Assembly: GCA_963801255.1 (NCBI GenBank)
Contig: CAWDEC010000006.1
Location: 650,898-714,897, forward strand
Source of the DNA: an uncultured Verrucomicrobiae bacterium
GTDB lineage: Bacteria; Verrucomicrobiota; Verrucomicrobiia; Chthoniobacterales; UBA10450
Direction: 5' to 3'
DNA length: 64,000 bases
The notes under the pieces were generated by a model. It was not told the origin of the DNA and searched no databases. It saw nothing but the letters and a program-made list of their open reading frames with translations. This document shows, piece after piece, positions 33,594 through 44,341 of this stretch (position 1 is the first letter of the stretch; each line of letters starts with the position of its first letter). The position numbers were made by a program, and so were the translations under genes.

Positions 33594-34460
33594 TTAGGCG
33601 CTCTTCTCTATTGGTGCGCCGACTTTGTTGCCCCATTCGGTCCAGGAGCCATCGTAGTTACGCACGTTATCGAGACCTAGGAGATAGGTGAGCACAAACC
33701 AGGTGTGACTCGAACGTTCGCCGATGCGGCAATAGACCACGGTGTCGACATCTGGTTTTACTCCCGCGCCTTCAAAATAAATCTTCGCCAGCTCCGGCGC
33801 CGATTTGAACGTGTTGTCGTCCTTTGTCGCGGTTTTCCATGGCACGCTTTTCGCGCCGGGAATGTGTCCGCCGCGCAGCACACCTTCCTGCGGATACTCC
33901 GCCATATGAGTGATCTCTCCCTTGTATTCGCCCGGCGAACGGACGTCGATGAGCGGCTTTTTCGCGTTGCTCTGGGCGAGCGCCTCGTCGGCAAAAGCGC
34001 GAATCTCTTTATCCATCCGGCGCGCCGGAACCGGGTAATCGGTCGCTGGATATTTCGGCACGTCGCGCGTCATCTTGCGATTCTCGGCTTTCCACTTGTC
34101 GCGACCGCCATTGAGGATTTTCACTTTGTCATGACCAAATAAGCGAAAGGCCCAAAGCGCGTAGCAAGCCCACCAGTTCGCTTTGTCGCCATAGAAAATA
34201 CAGGTCGTATCGGGCGAGATGCCGTTGCGGCGGCACAGTTCGGCGAATTTCTCCGGCGCGATGTAGTCGCGGATCACCTGGTCCTGCAAATCGGCCCGCC
34301 AATCGATGTGGACGGCTCCAGGAATGTGTCCGGTATCATAAAGGAGAATGTCCTCGTTCGATTCCACGATGCGGATGTCTTTATCGTCCAAATGCTCTTC
34401 GAGCCACTCGGTCTCAACCAGCGCTTCAGGATGCGCGTACTGCGTCGGATTTGTGCTCAT
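33594..34460 (-). CDS. thiosulfate/3-mercaptopyruvate sulfurtransferase (tandem rhodanese)
   Basis: ORF 33594..34496 with the start placed at [15 protein letters not shown]. The active-site loop is [12 protein letters not shown]. Confidence 0.85.
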   Translation of the reverse strand: MSTNPTQYAHPEALVETEWLEEHLDDKDIRIVESNEDILLYDTGHIPGAVHIDWRADLQDQVIRDYIAPEKFAELCRRNGISPDTTCIFYGDKANWWACYALWAFRLFGHDKVKILNGGRDKWKAENRKMTRDVPKYPATDYPVPARRMDKEIRAFADEALAQSNAKKPLIDVRSPGEYKGEITHMAEYPQEGVLRGGHIPGAKSVPWKTATKDDNTFKSAPELAKIYFEGAGVKPDVDTVVYCRIGERSSHTWFVLTYLLGLDNVRNYDGSWTEWGNKVGAPIEKSA

Positions 34461-34574
34461 GTCTGAAGAGTATTGAATGAAGGGCGCGACTAGCAAGCCG
34501 CCTGTCGCGAATTCGCTCTTTCCCCGGCGACGCTTGTAAACCGCTTGACCGATCTGATATGACGGTGCCGCGAG

Positions 34575-35051
34575 ATGAAACCTTCGAGCAAAGTGAAACC
34601 CAAGGCGAAGCCTTCCGCAGCCCGCCCGGTTGCGGCGAAGAAATCAAGGCCGATTGCGAAGAGCAAAGGCAAACCCGTGTCTGTCAAACAGGCGAAAAAA
34701 TCTGTCGGCGCAGCGGGCGGATTGGCTTTTGGTGAATTCGAAGCACTCCGCCGTCAACTCGATCTTTCCCTGGAAGAACTCAGTGCGCGGCTCGGTCTTT
34801 CTCGCGCCACGATCGAGCAACGCAAAGCGAGCGGTCGCCTAACGACCGAAGAATCAGGAAAGGTTGTTTCCTTCGCCCGACTGCTTGGCCACGCCGTGCA
34901 TCTTTTTGGTGGACTTGAGGAAGCCCGGGAATGGTTGAAGGCGCCGCAGCGCAATCTGCACGGCGCCGTTCCATTAGAGTATGCGCAAACAGAGTATGGT
35001 GCGCGCGAAGTGGAAAAGCTGCTCACGCAGCTCGACCATGAACGGTCGTAA
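34575..35051 (+). CDS. Xre/MbcA/ParS-type antitoxin (DUF2384 C-terminal domain) with Lys-rich N-terminal extension
   Basis: 158-aa ORF. The C-terminal part ([76 protein letters not shown]) matches the RES-partner antitoxin fold. Confidence 0.7.
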   Translation: MKPSSKVKPKAKPSAARPVAAKKSRPIAKSKGKPVSVKQAKKSVGAAGGLAFGEFEALRRQLDLSLEELSARLGLSRATIEQRKASGRLTTEESGKVVSFARLLGHAVHLFGGLEEAREWLKAPQRNLHGAVPLEYAQTEYGAREVEKLLTQLDHERS

Positions 35052-35170
35052 GGCGGACATCGCGTCGAGCGAACAGGTTTGCCTAACGGACGCGACAGAA
35101 GCGTTTCTCGACAAGACAGGTTGGGCCCTGGCGTAACGACCGGACGTGCCTTCGGACTCGATGACGATCA

Positions 35171-35440
35171 CTAATCTGCCGTCGGTGCCGGTTTATAGCC
35201 GCTCTTCAAAATCGCGTCGTGCAAATCGGGCGCATGCGTTTTCCGGGCATCAAAGGTGATCCACACGCGCTCGTTGGTCGGATCGGCTTTTACCTCTTTC
35301 ACTCCGTCGATGCGCAGTAATGGCTCTCGCAGGGCGCGCACGCATTCGTCGCAATCGTTTCCCTCTGTTGCAATATCGATCGTCTCCAGCACTTCGTGAT
35401 CGGCAGTGTCGTGCAGATTATGTGGATCGGCTGGGTCCAT
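35171..35440 (-). CDS. heavy-metal-associated (HMA) domain protein
   Basis: 89-aa ORF with a ferredoxin-like HMA pattern and CDEC in place of the usual CxxC. Confidence 0.55.
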   Translation of the reverse strand: MDPADPHNLHDTADHEVLETIDIATEGNDCDECVRALREPLLRIDGVKEVKADPTNERVWITFDARKTHAPDLHDAILKSGYKPAPTAD

Positions 35441-35484
35441 TTCCTATAGTTCGCAGCTCGCAAGGCTGACGGGCGCATTCCTAC

Positions 35485-35847
35485 TCAGGCGGAGAGCACG
35501 AAACGATTGCCCTCGCTGTCCTTAAACAGGGCGTAACTGCCCCAATGCTGCTTTTCCGGCGGACCTTCGAATTCCACCCCGCGGTTCTTCAACTCTTCGT
35601 AGGTTTGATTGATGTCATTGCACGCATAGGAGATGTTCATCATGCCGCCGATGCGCTTTTCTTCGCCGTCGGCGGTGAACAGGACGATTCGAGTTTCTGC
35701 TCCTGGCACACGCAGCTCAATCCAGCGCTGTTTCTCATCGAAAGGCTGGTCGGTGATGATCGTGAACCCGAGTTTATCGGTATAAAAATCGAGTGCACGA
35801 TTCTGATCTGTGACCGGAATACTGACGAATTTGATTTGCTTGATCAT
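35485..35847 (-). CDS. VOC/glyoxalase family protein
   Basis: 120-aa ORF with typical glyoxalase/bleomycin-resistance fold sequence (MIKQIKFVSIPVTDQNRALDFYTDKLGF). Confidence 0.8.
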   Translation of the reverse strand: MIKQIKFVSIPVTDQNRALDFYTDKLGFTIITDQPFDEKQRWIELRVPGAETRIVLFTADGEEKRIGGMMNISYACNDINQTYEELKNRGVEFEGPPEKQHWGSYALFKDSEGNRFVLSA

Positions 35848-36014
35848 GGTCTGAAAAGCGTAGGTCGCGGCTCCGCCTCCCGTCCAGCGTTCGCCAGTAG
35901 AAGGACGAAGAAACTGCTGTCCCTTTATCGGTACAGCGATCGAGGCGTGATTTTACCCGGATACTCGGAAACTGGTTGTTCGGATATCGGCAGAACGGCT
36001 AACCTGCCGATCCA

Positions 36015-36380
36015 ATGGCTGGCTTCCGCAAGACTGTTCCGGTGGATGATTATGTTCTCGATATTCTGATGCGCGATCTTGTGGGGCATGATCAGCAGCC
36101 GGGAGCTTTTCTTGTTTATCTTCATCTTTATCGCGCGGCAGAAAAGTGTAACTGGCAACCGGTCACGGGCAGTGTGCGCGAGATCGCCGACGGTACCGGC
36201 CTGTCAAAGAGCACCGTGCAAATGGCTTTGGAAACACTGCGCCGACGTGAGCTGATCGAATCTGCCAGCGCGCATGCGACCGCCGTACGACGACACCGCG
36301 TGCTGCGACACTGGCGTCGAAGACTCGTGCGGCGGACCGCCTCAAAATCCGGGCGCTTACTTTCGACTCGCCGCTCTTAG
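36015..36380 (+). CDS. hypothetical protein, probable winged-helix DNA-binding
   Basis: 121-aa ORF with an HTH-like segment (VREIADGTGLSKSTVQMALETLRRRELI) and an Arg-rich tail. Confidence 0.45.
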   Translation: MAGFRKTVPVDDYVLDILMRDLVGHDQQPGAFLVYLHLYRAAEKCNWQPVTGSVREIADGTGLSKSTVQMALETLRRRELIESASAHATAVRRHRVLRHWRRRLVRRTASKSGRLLSTRRS

Positions 36381-36432
36381 ATTGAACGATTGCCACGCCT
36401 GGCTCTCGCGAAGGTTGGTCCTTTTTCTTGAT

Positions 36433-37476
36433 CTACTCTGTGGCCGGCTGCTGTTGCGTCAGACAGTGAAATGCACCGAGACCCCAGATCAACTCGCGGC
36501 TATCGATCGGCACAATTTGCCGGCCGGGAAAAGCCTGCTGCAAGACTTCAATCGCCTCGTCATCGCCTGGATCAGCGAAGGTCGGGAGAAGGACGTTCGT
36601 ATTCGCGATGTAAAAGTTGGCGTAGCTGGCTGGAAGCCGGAGGTTTTCCCTGACGATCTTGCGCGGCATGGGAAGGGTCGCGATCTCGAGCGACTGGCCG
36701 TTAATCGTTAGGCCGCGCAGCCGTTCGAGGTTAGCCCGTAGCGGAGCGTAGTTCGCATCCGACTCATCCTCTTCCACGACAGTCACGACCTGCCGCTGAC
36801 CGACGAAACGCGTCAGATCGTCGATATGTCCATCGGTGTCGTCGCCTTCGATTCCATCGCCGAGCCAAAGAATCTCGCGCACGCCAAGGTAATCGCGCAG
36901 CCGTTGTTCGATCTCTTCGCGCGAGAGCTGAGGATTTCGATTGGGGTTAAGCAAACAACTTTCCGTTGTGAGAAGCGCGCCCGCACCGTTCACGTCGATC
37001 GAGCCACCTTCTAAAATCATGTGCGGATAATAAACGGGGAGCCGGAGTCTTTCCGCGATGCGTGTCGGCACGACCTCATCAAGATCGCACGGCGGATACT
37101 TGCCGCCCCAGGCGTTGTAATCCCAATCGACCACGGCCACCCGCGGCTCGTCCTGGCGGGTGAGAAAGATGGGTCCGTGATCACGACACCAGGGCTCGTT
37201 TGTCGGGATCAGATGAAACGTCAGACGTTCGTTAGGCAAGCCCTCCAGCGCGACGCGCGCTTCGGCTTCATGGGCTCCGTTGCAGACATTGATGTTGACC
37301 GGTTCGGAGGTGAGTAGCGCCGCCACCATCGCTCGCAGCGCTGGCACCACCCGGTCGTAGGAGTCAGGAAAACTGATTCCCTCGCGCCGCGGCCAGGAAA
37401 GCCAGGTGGCAGCGTGCGGTTCCCATTCCGCCGGCATGCGATAGCCAATGGCGGTGGGCTTGGATTCATCCGGCAT
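36433..37476 (-). CDS. aguA: agmatine deiminase
   Basis: ORF 36433..37524 with the start placed at MPDESKPTAIGYRMPAEWEPH. The C-terminal catalytic GAFHCLTQQQP motif is present. Confidence 0.85.
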   Translation of the reverse strand: MPDESKPTAIGYRMPAEWEPHAATWLSWPRREGISFPDSYDRVVPALRAMVAALLTSEPVNINVCNGAHEAEARVALEGLPNERLTFHLIPTNEPWCRDHGPIFLTRQDEPRVAVVDWDYNAWGGKYPPCDLDEVVPTRIAERLRLPVYYPHMILEGGSIDVNGAGALLTTESCLLNPNRNPQLSREEIEQRLRDYLGVREILWLGDGIEGDDTDGHIDDLTRFVGQRQVVTVVEEDESDANYAPLRANLERLRGLTINGQSLEIATLPMPRKIVRENLRLPASYANFYIANTNVLLPTFADPGDDEAIEVLQQAFPGRQIVPIDSRELIWGLGAFHCLTQQQPATE

Positions 37477-37516
37477 AGGTCGGAAGATTGAAACAGGATG
37501 GGCGATTTGACAATCG

Positions 37517-39916
37517 TTAGGCAAATCGCCGCTGTTGCGTCGCGAGCAGGGGCGGGAAATCGAGGACCGTGGGCGAGGCGGTTAGTTGCACAAGTCGCGT
37601 TGCGGCCTCCTTTAGTTCGCGCCAACGGGGCCAATCCAAGTCGGGCGCGGCAGTGATGTGACGCAAAAGACTGCGCCATTCCATGATTGCGCGTTCGATG
37701 TCGCCGTGACGCAACGATTCAGAGGTAAGTTTGCCGCGCCCGGTAGCGTTCGTCACCAGCTCCCGAATGACCTCCGACGCCCCCGCGCCGTAGTGCACAG
37801 GCACGCCCATCTCGAGGTAGCCGGGATGATCGGCTCGTTCATAAACGGTTTGGCAAAGCGCGCCCAGCCGGCCGCCTAACGGCGAATCGTCACCGGCAAA
37901 GCGGTGACCAGCGCGCAGATTGCCAAGATCGAAAATGAGATCATCAATCCCGTAGCTCTCGTTCTCGAGTGCGGCGGCGATGGCCAGACCTTCGCCGGCC
38001 TGGAAAAAACCAAAGACGAGTCCGCGGCGCGTTGGTCTTCCATCGGCCTCGACCAGTCCAAGACGTCGCCAGGCAAAAGCGGGCGAGGCGACAATTTCGG
38101 CGCTCTGATCGTGCTCCAGTTGATCGCAACCGCGGCAGACGATCGGCAACGCTTCGTGCTGTGGGGGATCAGCAAGCGCCTGGCCTAACGAATCGCGATA
38201 GGCCCGCGCCTTTACGTCAGAAAAATCGACTTGGGCTGACAAGAGATTGCCGCGTCTGACGAATTCCAGGACCACTCCACCCCCGCTCCACTGTGGCATG
38301 AGCGCCTTCACCTGTGCCCTCAATTCCGGCTCCGCCAGCGATTTGCTCTGGAGAACCTTACGCAGCGGTTTGACCAGTTGTAGCTCCTTCCGGCCGGCGA
38401 GCACGGTGGCGAGAGGCAATTCGCGCCCATAGATTTTCTTTGCCCGTAGACGACACAGGTTCCCGAAAGGAAAACGATCGAGGGTGCGCGCCAGACGCAA
38501 CGCGGGCAACCAACGCTCGCCGTCACGCAAGAGCACTTCGCCTAACGAAACCTCAATCGGCTCTCCACGCGTTTCCCATTGCTCCTGGCTATTCAGGATT
38601 TCGACGATCGGTCGTCTGACGAATCGTGCTCGTTCGGCATCGACCCAAAGCCCGCAAGGTCGTACGCCGGTCGCGAGAGAATGTTCCACGCCAAGCGGCA
38701 CCTTCTGCGCGCTGAAAAGCGAGCGGCTCAACTCAACCGCGGCGGTGAAAGGCTCTTCGCTCCGCTCGGCCGCGCCACGCATGACGCTGATCAGGCTCGG
38801 CCAGTCGACTTGGGTCGCGCGTTTCAGCTGCCGCGGCCGGGCGAAGCTCAGGCGCGGTTGATCGGGCGTGAAAAGAATAAAGCCGGTGTCGTCGAGTCCG
38901 CGGCGTCCCGCGCGGCCGAACATTTGCAAGAGTTCATCCGGCTGCACCTGACGTTCGAAGTTTCCCGCGAAGTAACGCGTATCGGTGACGAGGACGGAGC
39001 GCATGGAAAAGTTGATTCCAGCCGCCAGGCCCATGGTCGCGACGACCACGTTGAGCTGGCCGTTTTTGGCCAGCGGTTCAATCAAACCGGCGCGGGCCGC
39101 ATAGCTCAAACCGCTGTGGTGATAAGCAACTCGGTTACGCAGAAGCTTCGTCAGGTATTTGCCGGCGAGAGCTTCCTGTTCGCGCGAAAGCGGCAGCGGA
39201 TCACGCACCGGCACCACGTTCGCGATCGCTTGCGCCATCTCTTCGGTCGCATTGCGTCGCGGCGCGAAAACCAGGATGGGCGCGAATCCACCATGCAGGG
39301 CGCGCGCGATCATGCGCGGCCAAAATTCGCGGGTGCGCGCAAAACCGGCGTCCGGAAGGGCGCGCAAATCGATCTCATGTTGTGGCACGGGTCGCTGATC
39401 ATGCCTAACGAGAAGGGCATCGCGGTCAATTCGCCGCAGCCATTCCACCACGTCCTGGGGGTTATTTACGCTCCCGCTGAGCAGGAGCAGCTGAGTGCCA
39501 GGCGGGGCGAGGGCAAGCGCCAGCTCGTAATGCACTCCACGCACTGGATCGGCGATGAGTTGATATTCATCGACCACGAGCAGCTGCGGCCCTTCGCGGC
39601 GGAGAAATCGCGCGCGCTGGGTCTCGAGCGTGGCGACAAGAACTTTTGCCTCTAGATTGATCGCAAGATCACCAGTGGCGATGCCAACGTCCCAGCCGCG
39701 CGCGCGCCATTCGGTCAGCTTGTCATTTGCCAGAGCGCGGGTCGGAACGGTGAATACGGCCTGACCTTTGAGCGACGAGTAAAGCAGCTCAAAGATGTAA
39801 GTTTTCCCCGCACCCGTAGGAGCGTGCACGACGACGTCTTTGCCGGATTGAAGGGCGCGCACGGCTTCCTGCTGCCAGAGATCGGGCACAACCAAATTGA
39901 TCTCCAGTCCACGCAT
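37517..39916 (-). CDS. DEAD/DEAH-box (Ski2-like) helicase
   Basis: 799-aa ORF with Walker A APTGAGKT, a DEYQ box, and SGS, HHSGL and QMFGRAGRRG motifs. Confidence 0.8.
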   Translation of the reverse strand: MRGLEINLVVPDLWQQEAVRALQSGKDVVVHAPTGAGKTYIFELLYSSLKGQAVFTVPTRALANDKLTEWRARGWDVGIATGDLAINLEAKVLVATLETQRARFLRREGPQLLVVDEYQLIADPVRGVHYELALALAPPGTQLLLLSGSVNNPQDVVEWLRRIDRDALLVRHDQRPVPQHEIDLRALPDAGFARTREFWPRMIARALHGGFAPILVFAPRRNATEEMAQAIANVVPVRDPLPLSREQEALAGKYLTKLLRNRVAYHHSGLSYAARAGLIEPLAKNGQLNVVVATMGLAAGINFSMRSVLVTDTRYFAGNFERQVQPDELLQMFGRAGRRGLDDTGFILFTPDQPRLSFARPRQLKRATQVDWPSLISVMRGAAERSEEPFTAAVELSRSLFSAQKVPLGVEHSLATGVRPCGLWVDAERARFVRRPIVEILNSQEQWETRGEPIEVSLGEVLLRDGERWLPALRLARTLDRFPFGNLCRLRAKKIYGRELPLATVLAGRKELQLVKPLRKVLQSKSLAEPELRAQVKALMPQWSGGGVVLEFVRRGNLLSAQVDFSDVKARAYRDSLGQALADPPQHEALPIVCRGCDQLEHDQSAEIVASPAFAWRRLGLVEADGRPTRRGLVFGFFQAGEGLAIAAALENESYGIDDLIFDLGNLRAGHRFAGDDSPLGGRLGALCQTVYERADHPGYLEMGVPVHYGAGASEVIRELVTNATGRGKLTSESLRHGDIERAIMEWRSLLRHITAAPDLDWPRWRELKEAATRLVQLTASPTVLDFPPLLATQQRRFA

Positions 39917-39989
39917 GTCGATGCAAGATGGAGGCAGGGACCGGCGATTGGCAACCGGCGCGGCGTTTCAACCGCTTCTTCAGGACTGG

Positions 39990-40640
39990 CTAGTCCAGGG
40001 CCGCCGCGGCGCGTTCGTGTCCCTCGAGTTCGAGGACCATTCGCCGGATGTGACGATACTTCGTGTGCCGTGCGAGCCGACGCAGGCTTTCGGCCGGATC
40101 ACCCCACTGCACGATTTGAATCATTTCCCGCCGCACGCCCCAGCCATTCATGTCGCTCGGCGTTGCCATGTAGAGGTCGATGGTGTTTCGACCCGACAGA
40201 GCCCAGCCGTAATCCTCGACACGATAAAGTTGTCCGGTCGAGACAACGCGAAAGATGGTTCCGGCCGGCCAGCGCGACCAGTCCGCCGCTGCGCTGCCGT
40301 AGACTTGGCGCGAAAAATTATCGCGCAGAAAAGGCTGCGATCCGGAGATGTAGGCGACCTGCTGATAGTCTGCTTCAGAACCGCTCAGGCTTTGGTCCCG
40401 CGTCAGTGGCATGGCACGCGGAACGACTGGCGGTGGCGCGGCGTGCAATACGCTGCCGAGCGCTGTGCGGTTACCATATTGCTCGTGATCGCTCTCTGTG
40501 TGCGTATAGGCGGTGGTGCGAACAACCTGAAAATCGGCTCGGCCGAGCGGGGGTTCATAAGCGGGAAGATGACGACCCGTGCTACACGCTCCTAATGTGA
40601 GCGCGCTGGCGGTGGCGAGCAGAGCAGGATGAAAACGCAT
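39990..40640 (-). CDS. 3D-domain lipoprotein (MltA/RlpA-like fold)
   Basis: 216-aa ORF with a lipobox-like LTLGAC. The C-terminal 3D domain shows TTAYTHTE, AADWSRWPAGT and TIDLYM. Confidence 0.65.
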   Translation of the reverse strand: MRFHPALLATASALTLGACSTGRHLPAYEPPLGRADFQVVRTTAYTHTESDHEQYGNRTALGSVLHAAPPPVVPRAMPLTRDQSLSGSEADYQQVAYISGSQPFLRDNFSRQVYGSAAADWSRWPAGTIFRVVSTGQLYRVEDYGWALSGRNTIDLYMATPSDMNGWGVRREMIQIVQWGDPAESLRRLARHTKYRHIRRMVLELEGHERAAAALD

Positions 40641-40791
40641 GCCTCCTGAATCGGAAAGTTATTAACAGTTATTCACAAGCTCGACAAGTCGCTCTTTTCT
40701 GAACTGCGATGCTTTGGACGAGAGGCGCTTGCCGTTTCTTCACTCGCAGCCTGATCTACCCACACGTTGGAACGGTATGCTACCGTGGGCC

Positions 40792-41973
40792 ATGCTCGCG
40801 AAAGTAGCCGATCAGATCACATCCACTCTCGAAGAAATCAAAGCCCAGGGTTTGTATAAGACCGAGCGTATCATCACCGGCCCGCAGAATGCCGAGATCC
40901 CGATTGCAGATGGGCGGCGCGTGATCAATCTCTGTGCAAACAATTATCTGGGCCTGGCAGATCATCCCGCCTTGATCGCGGCGGCGAAGGAAGCGCTCGA
41001 TTCCCATGGCTTCGGCATGGCCAGTGTGCGTTTTATTTGCGGAACGCAGGATATTCACAAAGCACTGGAAGCGTCTTTGACGACGTTTCTCGGAACCGAA
41101 GATACGATCCTTTATCCCTCCTGCTTCGACGCCAACGGAGGGCTCTTCGAGACTTTGTTAGGCGAAGAGGACGCGATCATTTCCGACGAACTCAATCATG
41201 CCTCGATTATTGACGGCATTCGCCTCTGCAAAGCCCGACGTTATCGCTACAAGAACTGCGACATGGGCGATCTCGAGAAGCAGCTCGAAGCGGCCCGGGA
41301 TGCGCGCTTCCGTCTGATCGCGACTGACGGCGTCTTCTCCATGGACGGCACGATCGCAAACCTGAAAGGCATCTGCGACCTCGCGGAAAAATACAGTGCC
41401 ATGGTCATGGTCGACGACGCGCATGCGGCCGGGTTTATCGGCCAGACAGGTCGTGGCACCCCGGAACATTGCGGCGTGCAAGGACGGGTAGATGTGATCA
41501 CAGGAACGTTAGGCAAGGCGCTGGGTGGCGCGAGCGGCGGCTATACGAGCGGGCGCAAGGAAATCGTCGCGCTCCTGCGGCAACGCTCACGACCCTATCT
41601 TTTTTCCAACACCGTTGCGCCGCCCATCGTGGCCGCCTCGCTTAAAGCGCTCGAGTTACTGAGCAGTTCCACGGAGCTGCGCGACAAGCTGGAAGAGAAT
41701 ACAAAATACTTTCGCGCTGCCCTAACGAGTAAAGGATTGAGCATCAAGCCGGGCACTCATCCGATCGTTCCGATCATGCTGGGTGATGCCGCGCTTTCCC
41801 AGAAATTCGCGGCGCGCATGCTGGAGAAAGGCGTTTATGTCATTGGCTTCTTCTATCCGGTCGTGCCCCACGGCACGGCACGCGTTCGCACCCAGGTCTC
41901 GGCCGCGCACAGCCGTGAGGAGTTAGAGCGTGCCGTCAACGCTTTTGCCGAGACAGACCAGGAGTTGAAATAG
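40792..41973 (+). CDS. kbl: glycine C-acetyltransferase (2-amino-3-ketobutyrate CoA ligase)
   Basis: ORF 40714..41973 with full-length Kbl-like sequence and PLP-lysine region ([14 protein letters not shown]). The start is uncertain (40777 or 40792). Confidence 0.9.
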   Translation: MLAKVADQITSTLEEIKAQGLYKTERIITGPQNAEIPIADGRRVINLCANNYLGLADHPALIAAAKEALDSHGFGMASVRFICGTQDIHKALEASLTTFLGTEDTILYPSCFDANGGLFETLLGEEDAIISDELNHASIIDGIRLCKARRYRYKNCDMGDLEKQLEAARDARFRLIATDGVFSMDGTIANLKGICDLAEKYSAMVMVDDAHAAGFIGQTGRGTPEHCGVQGRVDVITGTLGKALGGASGGYTSGRKEIVALLRQRSRPYLFSNTVAPPIVAASLKALELLSSSTELRDKLEENTKYFRAALTSKGLSIKPGTHPIVPIMLGDAALSQKFAARMLEKGVYVIGFFYPVVPHGTARVRTQVSAAHSREELERAVNAFAETDQELK

Positions 41974-42057
41974 GGCGACGTCCTGAGGACGGCTAAGCAC
42001 GACAAAGCAATTTTTGTAGCTTTAGCTTGGACGATTACGTCGCGAGGTTTGAAGAGT

Positions 42058-43248
42058 TCACTCACCCTCATGCAGGGCGATGCTGGCGCCGACCCAGGTT
42101 TTTTCCTTGTTGAAGTCGACTCCCATCATCTTGCCCTGGCTCATGCGGACGAGGTTGTTTACCAGAGTTGGCTCGCCTCCTTCGGGCCAGAGAAACATCA
42201 TCCGGATCTCGGCCTTCGAGCGCCGCCCATCGATGGTCTGGATACACTCGGCGTACTGCACCTTCTTCTGCAAAATCCAACTGTGCGGAGAATCGAGCGC
42301 AGCAAGTTTTTCCAGGGTCGGTTCCATCTCGACGCCAAGTCCGGCGAAGGAATAGAGCGGCTTGAGGACGTAGTTGTCGAGCGACTCACCCGGCGGAAAC
42401 TCGTCGGCAAAAAACGCAGGCGCGGTGTGCGCGCTCCTGAGGAAGGGTAGCGAATGCTTACTGATCCGAAAATACCAGTTGGGATGCCCGGCCCAGCTGA
42501 CGTCGAGGTCGTCTTTGAAATCGAATCCGGGCGTAATGTCCGGTCGACGGAGAAGCTCGTCAAAAATGACGCGGTTGTAAATTCGTTCGATGCGCACTTC
42601 GCGCCCGTCGCGTTCGTAAAAGAGTTGGTGGCCGCGCTGTCTTATCTTCGTTAGGCAAACCGGCCGGACACCAATCAGCGTTTCGGTACAGGCAAAATCG
42701 ATCCGCGTCTTTTGTTTTTCCGGCTCGATTTCGAGCAGGATAACATTCTCCGGATCCGAGCGGCCAATAATCACCTCCCGCAGAAGTGAGAGATAGCTCT
42801 CGTCTTTCAAGCCACTGAACGCCGAGGTCCAATTACGCGGGATGCTCGAGAAGGCCTGACGAATGCAGCCGAGGAGAAGAAGCTGAAATCCATAGAGACT
42901 CGGGAAAGCCTGAAGCTCGATCAAACGCGGCGTGAGCCGACCCTCCGATTCGCAAATGCCGAAATCCACGACGAGGAAGTTGGGATGTGTTGGTTCGTTA
43001 GGCACCTCCAGACCGGCCGGGATGGCGTCGGCCGCATGCCTGGCAAACTCAGGTGTGCGGGTTTGCCTAACGAGCTCGTGCGCGGCCCCAACGACTTCGC
43101 CGGCGAATTCCCGCGTGAGAAAGACCGGCGTCTCAGCGATGCGGAAATCGGCGGGCCAGCGCTCGCTGCTTTGCACGCAACGGACCAGGGCTTCGTATTT
43201 CTCGGGCGAGAAATCGGCATTGAAGCGGGCGCGTTGAACTGGATCCAT
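42058..43248 (-). CDS. hypothetical protein, possibly ATP-grasp fold
   Basis: ORF 42058..43293 with the start placed at MDPVQRARF. The VLKPLYSFAGLGV and C-terminal RMSQGKMMGVDFNKEKTWVG segments resemble circularly permuted ATP-grasp proteins. The function is not established. Confidence 0.4.
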   Translation of the reverse strand: MDPVQRARFNADFSPEKYEALVRCVQSSERWPADFRIAETPVFLTREFAGEVVGAAHELVRQTRTPEFARHAADAIPAGLEVPNEPTHPNFLVVDFGICESEGRLTPRLIELQAFPSLYGFQLLLLGCIRQAFSSIPRNWTSAFSGLKDESYLSLLREVIIGRSDPENVILLEIEPEKQKTRIDFACTETLIGVRPVCLTKIRQRGHQLFYERDGREVRIERIYNRVIFDELLRRPDITPGFDFKDDLDVSWAGHPNWYFRISKHSLPFLRSAHTAPAFFADEFPPGESLDNYVLKPLYSFAGLGVEMEPTLEKLAALDSPHSWILQKKVQYAECIQTIDGRRSKAEIRMMFLWPEGGEPTLVNNLVRMSQGKMMGVDFNKEKTWVGASIALHEGE

Positions 43249-43332
43249 GGGCCCAGACCATGGCACAAACCGGCGCGCACAACAAAACTGCACCGCTTTG
43301 TTTTGGAACGAAGGGAATCCTTAACTGGCTGA

Positions 43333-44271
43333 CTAAGAAACCTGACTCTGTGTCACTGGCGGTGCGCCTTTGCGCCGGCGCGGAATACCGAGGCTATCGA
43401 AGATGATGCGCGTCGCGTCAGAGCGATTCAACGTATAGAAATGGATGCCTGCAACATCGTTGTCGAGCAGGTCATGGCATTGTTCGAGCGCGAAGTGGAC
43501 ACCTACGCGACTCACCATTGCGGGATCTTTGTCGCAGCGCTGAAGTGCTCGCAGAAGCCGAGCAGGAAAACGCGCGCCTCCCGCCAGCTCGGCGATTCGT
43601 TTAAATCCGCTGATCGACGTGATCGGCATGATGCCGGCAATGACCGGAACGTGAATATCAGCCAGCAGACAGCGTTCGCGGAAATCGAGAAAGTCGCGAT
43701 TATCGAAAAAAAGCTGGGTGACGATGTAGTCGGCGCCGGCATCGACTTTCGCTTTCAGATGGTCCATCTCCACGAGGCGGTTGGGTGTTGCGGGATGACC
43801 TTCGGGGAAGCCTGCCACGCCAATGCCGAAGCCGCGCGGATCCGGATGCGCGCCGGTTCCGTTAAAGCGGTGAATGAATCTTACAAGGTCGATCGCGTGC
43901 TGGAATGCGTCGGCCGACTTATCGTAGACCATCCCGCGCGGCGGATCCCCGCCAAGGGCGAGAATGTTACTAATACCCGACTGCGCATAACGGGTGAGGA
44001 TGCCGTCGATCTCGGCCTCCGTGTGACATACACAGGTCAGGTGCGGGATAGGGTTGAGCTTGGTGGTGTTTTTGATGCGCTCCACCAGGTCGTGGGTCAG
44101 CTCGCGCGTCGAGCCACCGGCACCGTAGGTGACGCTGACGAAATGCGGCATGTACTCCTCCAGCTCGCGGATCGTTTGGTAGAGAGTCTCGGCGGCTTCA
44201 GGTGTCTTCGGCGGAAAGAACTCGAAGGAAAACGTCGGCGGATCCTGCCGCATGATGTCGGTGATATGCAT
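43333..44271 (-). CDS. metF: methylenetetrahydrofolate reductase
   Basis: 312-aa ORF with SFEFFPPKT, VTYGAGGSTR and LTCV motifs. Confidence 0.9.
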   Translation of the reverse strand: MHITDIMRQDPPTFSFEFFPPKTPEAAETLYQTIRELEEYMPHFVSVTYGAGGSTRELTHDLVERIKNTTKLNPIPHLTCVCHTEAEIDGILTRYAQSGISNILALGGDPPRGMVYDKSADAFQHAIDLVRFIHRFNGTGAHPDPRGFGIGVAGFPEGHPATPNRLVEMDHLKAKVDAGADYIVTQLFFDNRDFLDFRERCLLADIHVPVIAGIMPITSISGFKRIAELAGGARFPARLLRALQRCDKDPAMVSRVGVHFALEQCHDLLDNDVAGIHFYTLNRSDATRIIFDSLGIPRRRKGAPPVTQSQVS

Positions 44272-44341
44272 GGCTACTCAGAAGACAATTCTAGCATTTT
44301 TCGCGCGATGCCGCTTGCAGCCGGCGATTGACGTCGTGGCC

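Noticed and set aside
35038-35136. 32-aa ORF overlapping the antitoxin stop, as a candidate mini-toxin.
   Set aside because: It is too short for a RES domain and has no recognisable motif. It is more likely a remnant or chance ORF and is mentioned only in the orphan-antitoxin finding.
40641-40791. Possible glycine or other riboswitch in the kbl 5' leader.
   Set aside because: I could not find the conserved glycine-riboswitch core elements or any convincing nested helices. The true start codon of kbl is also uncertain.
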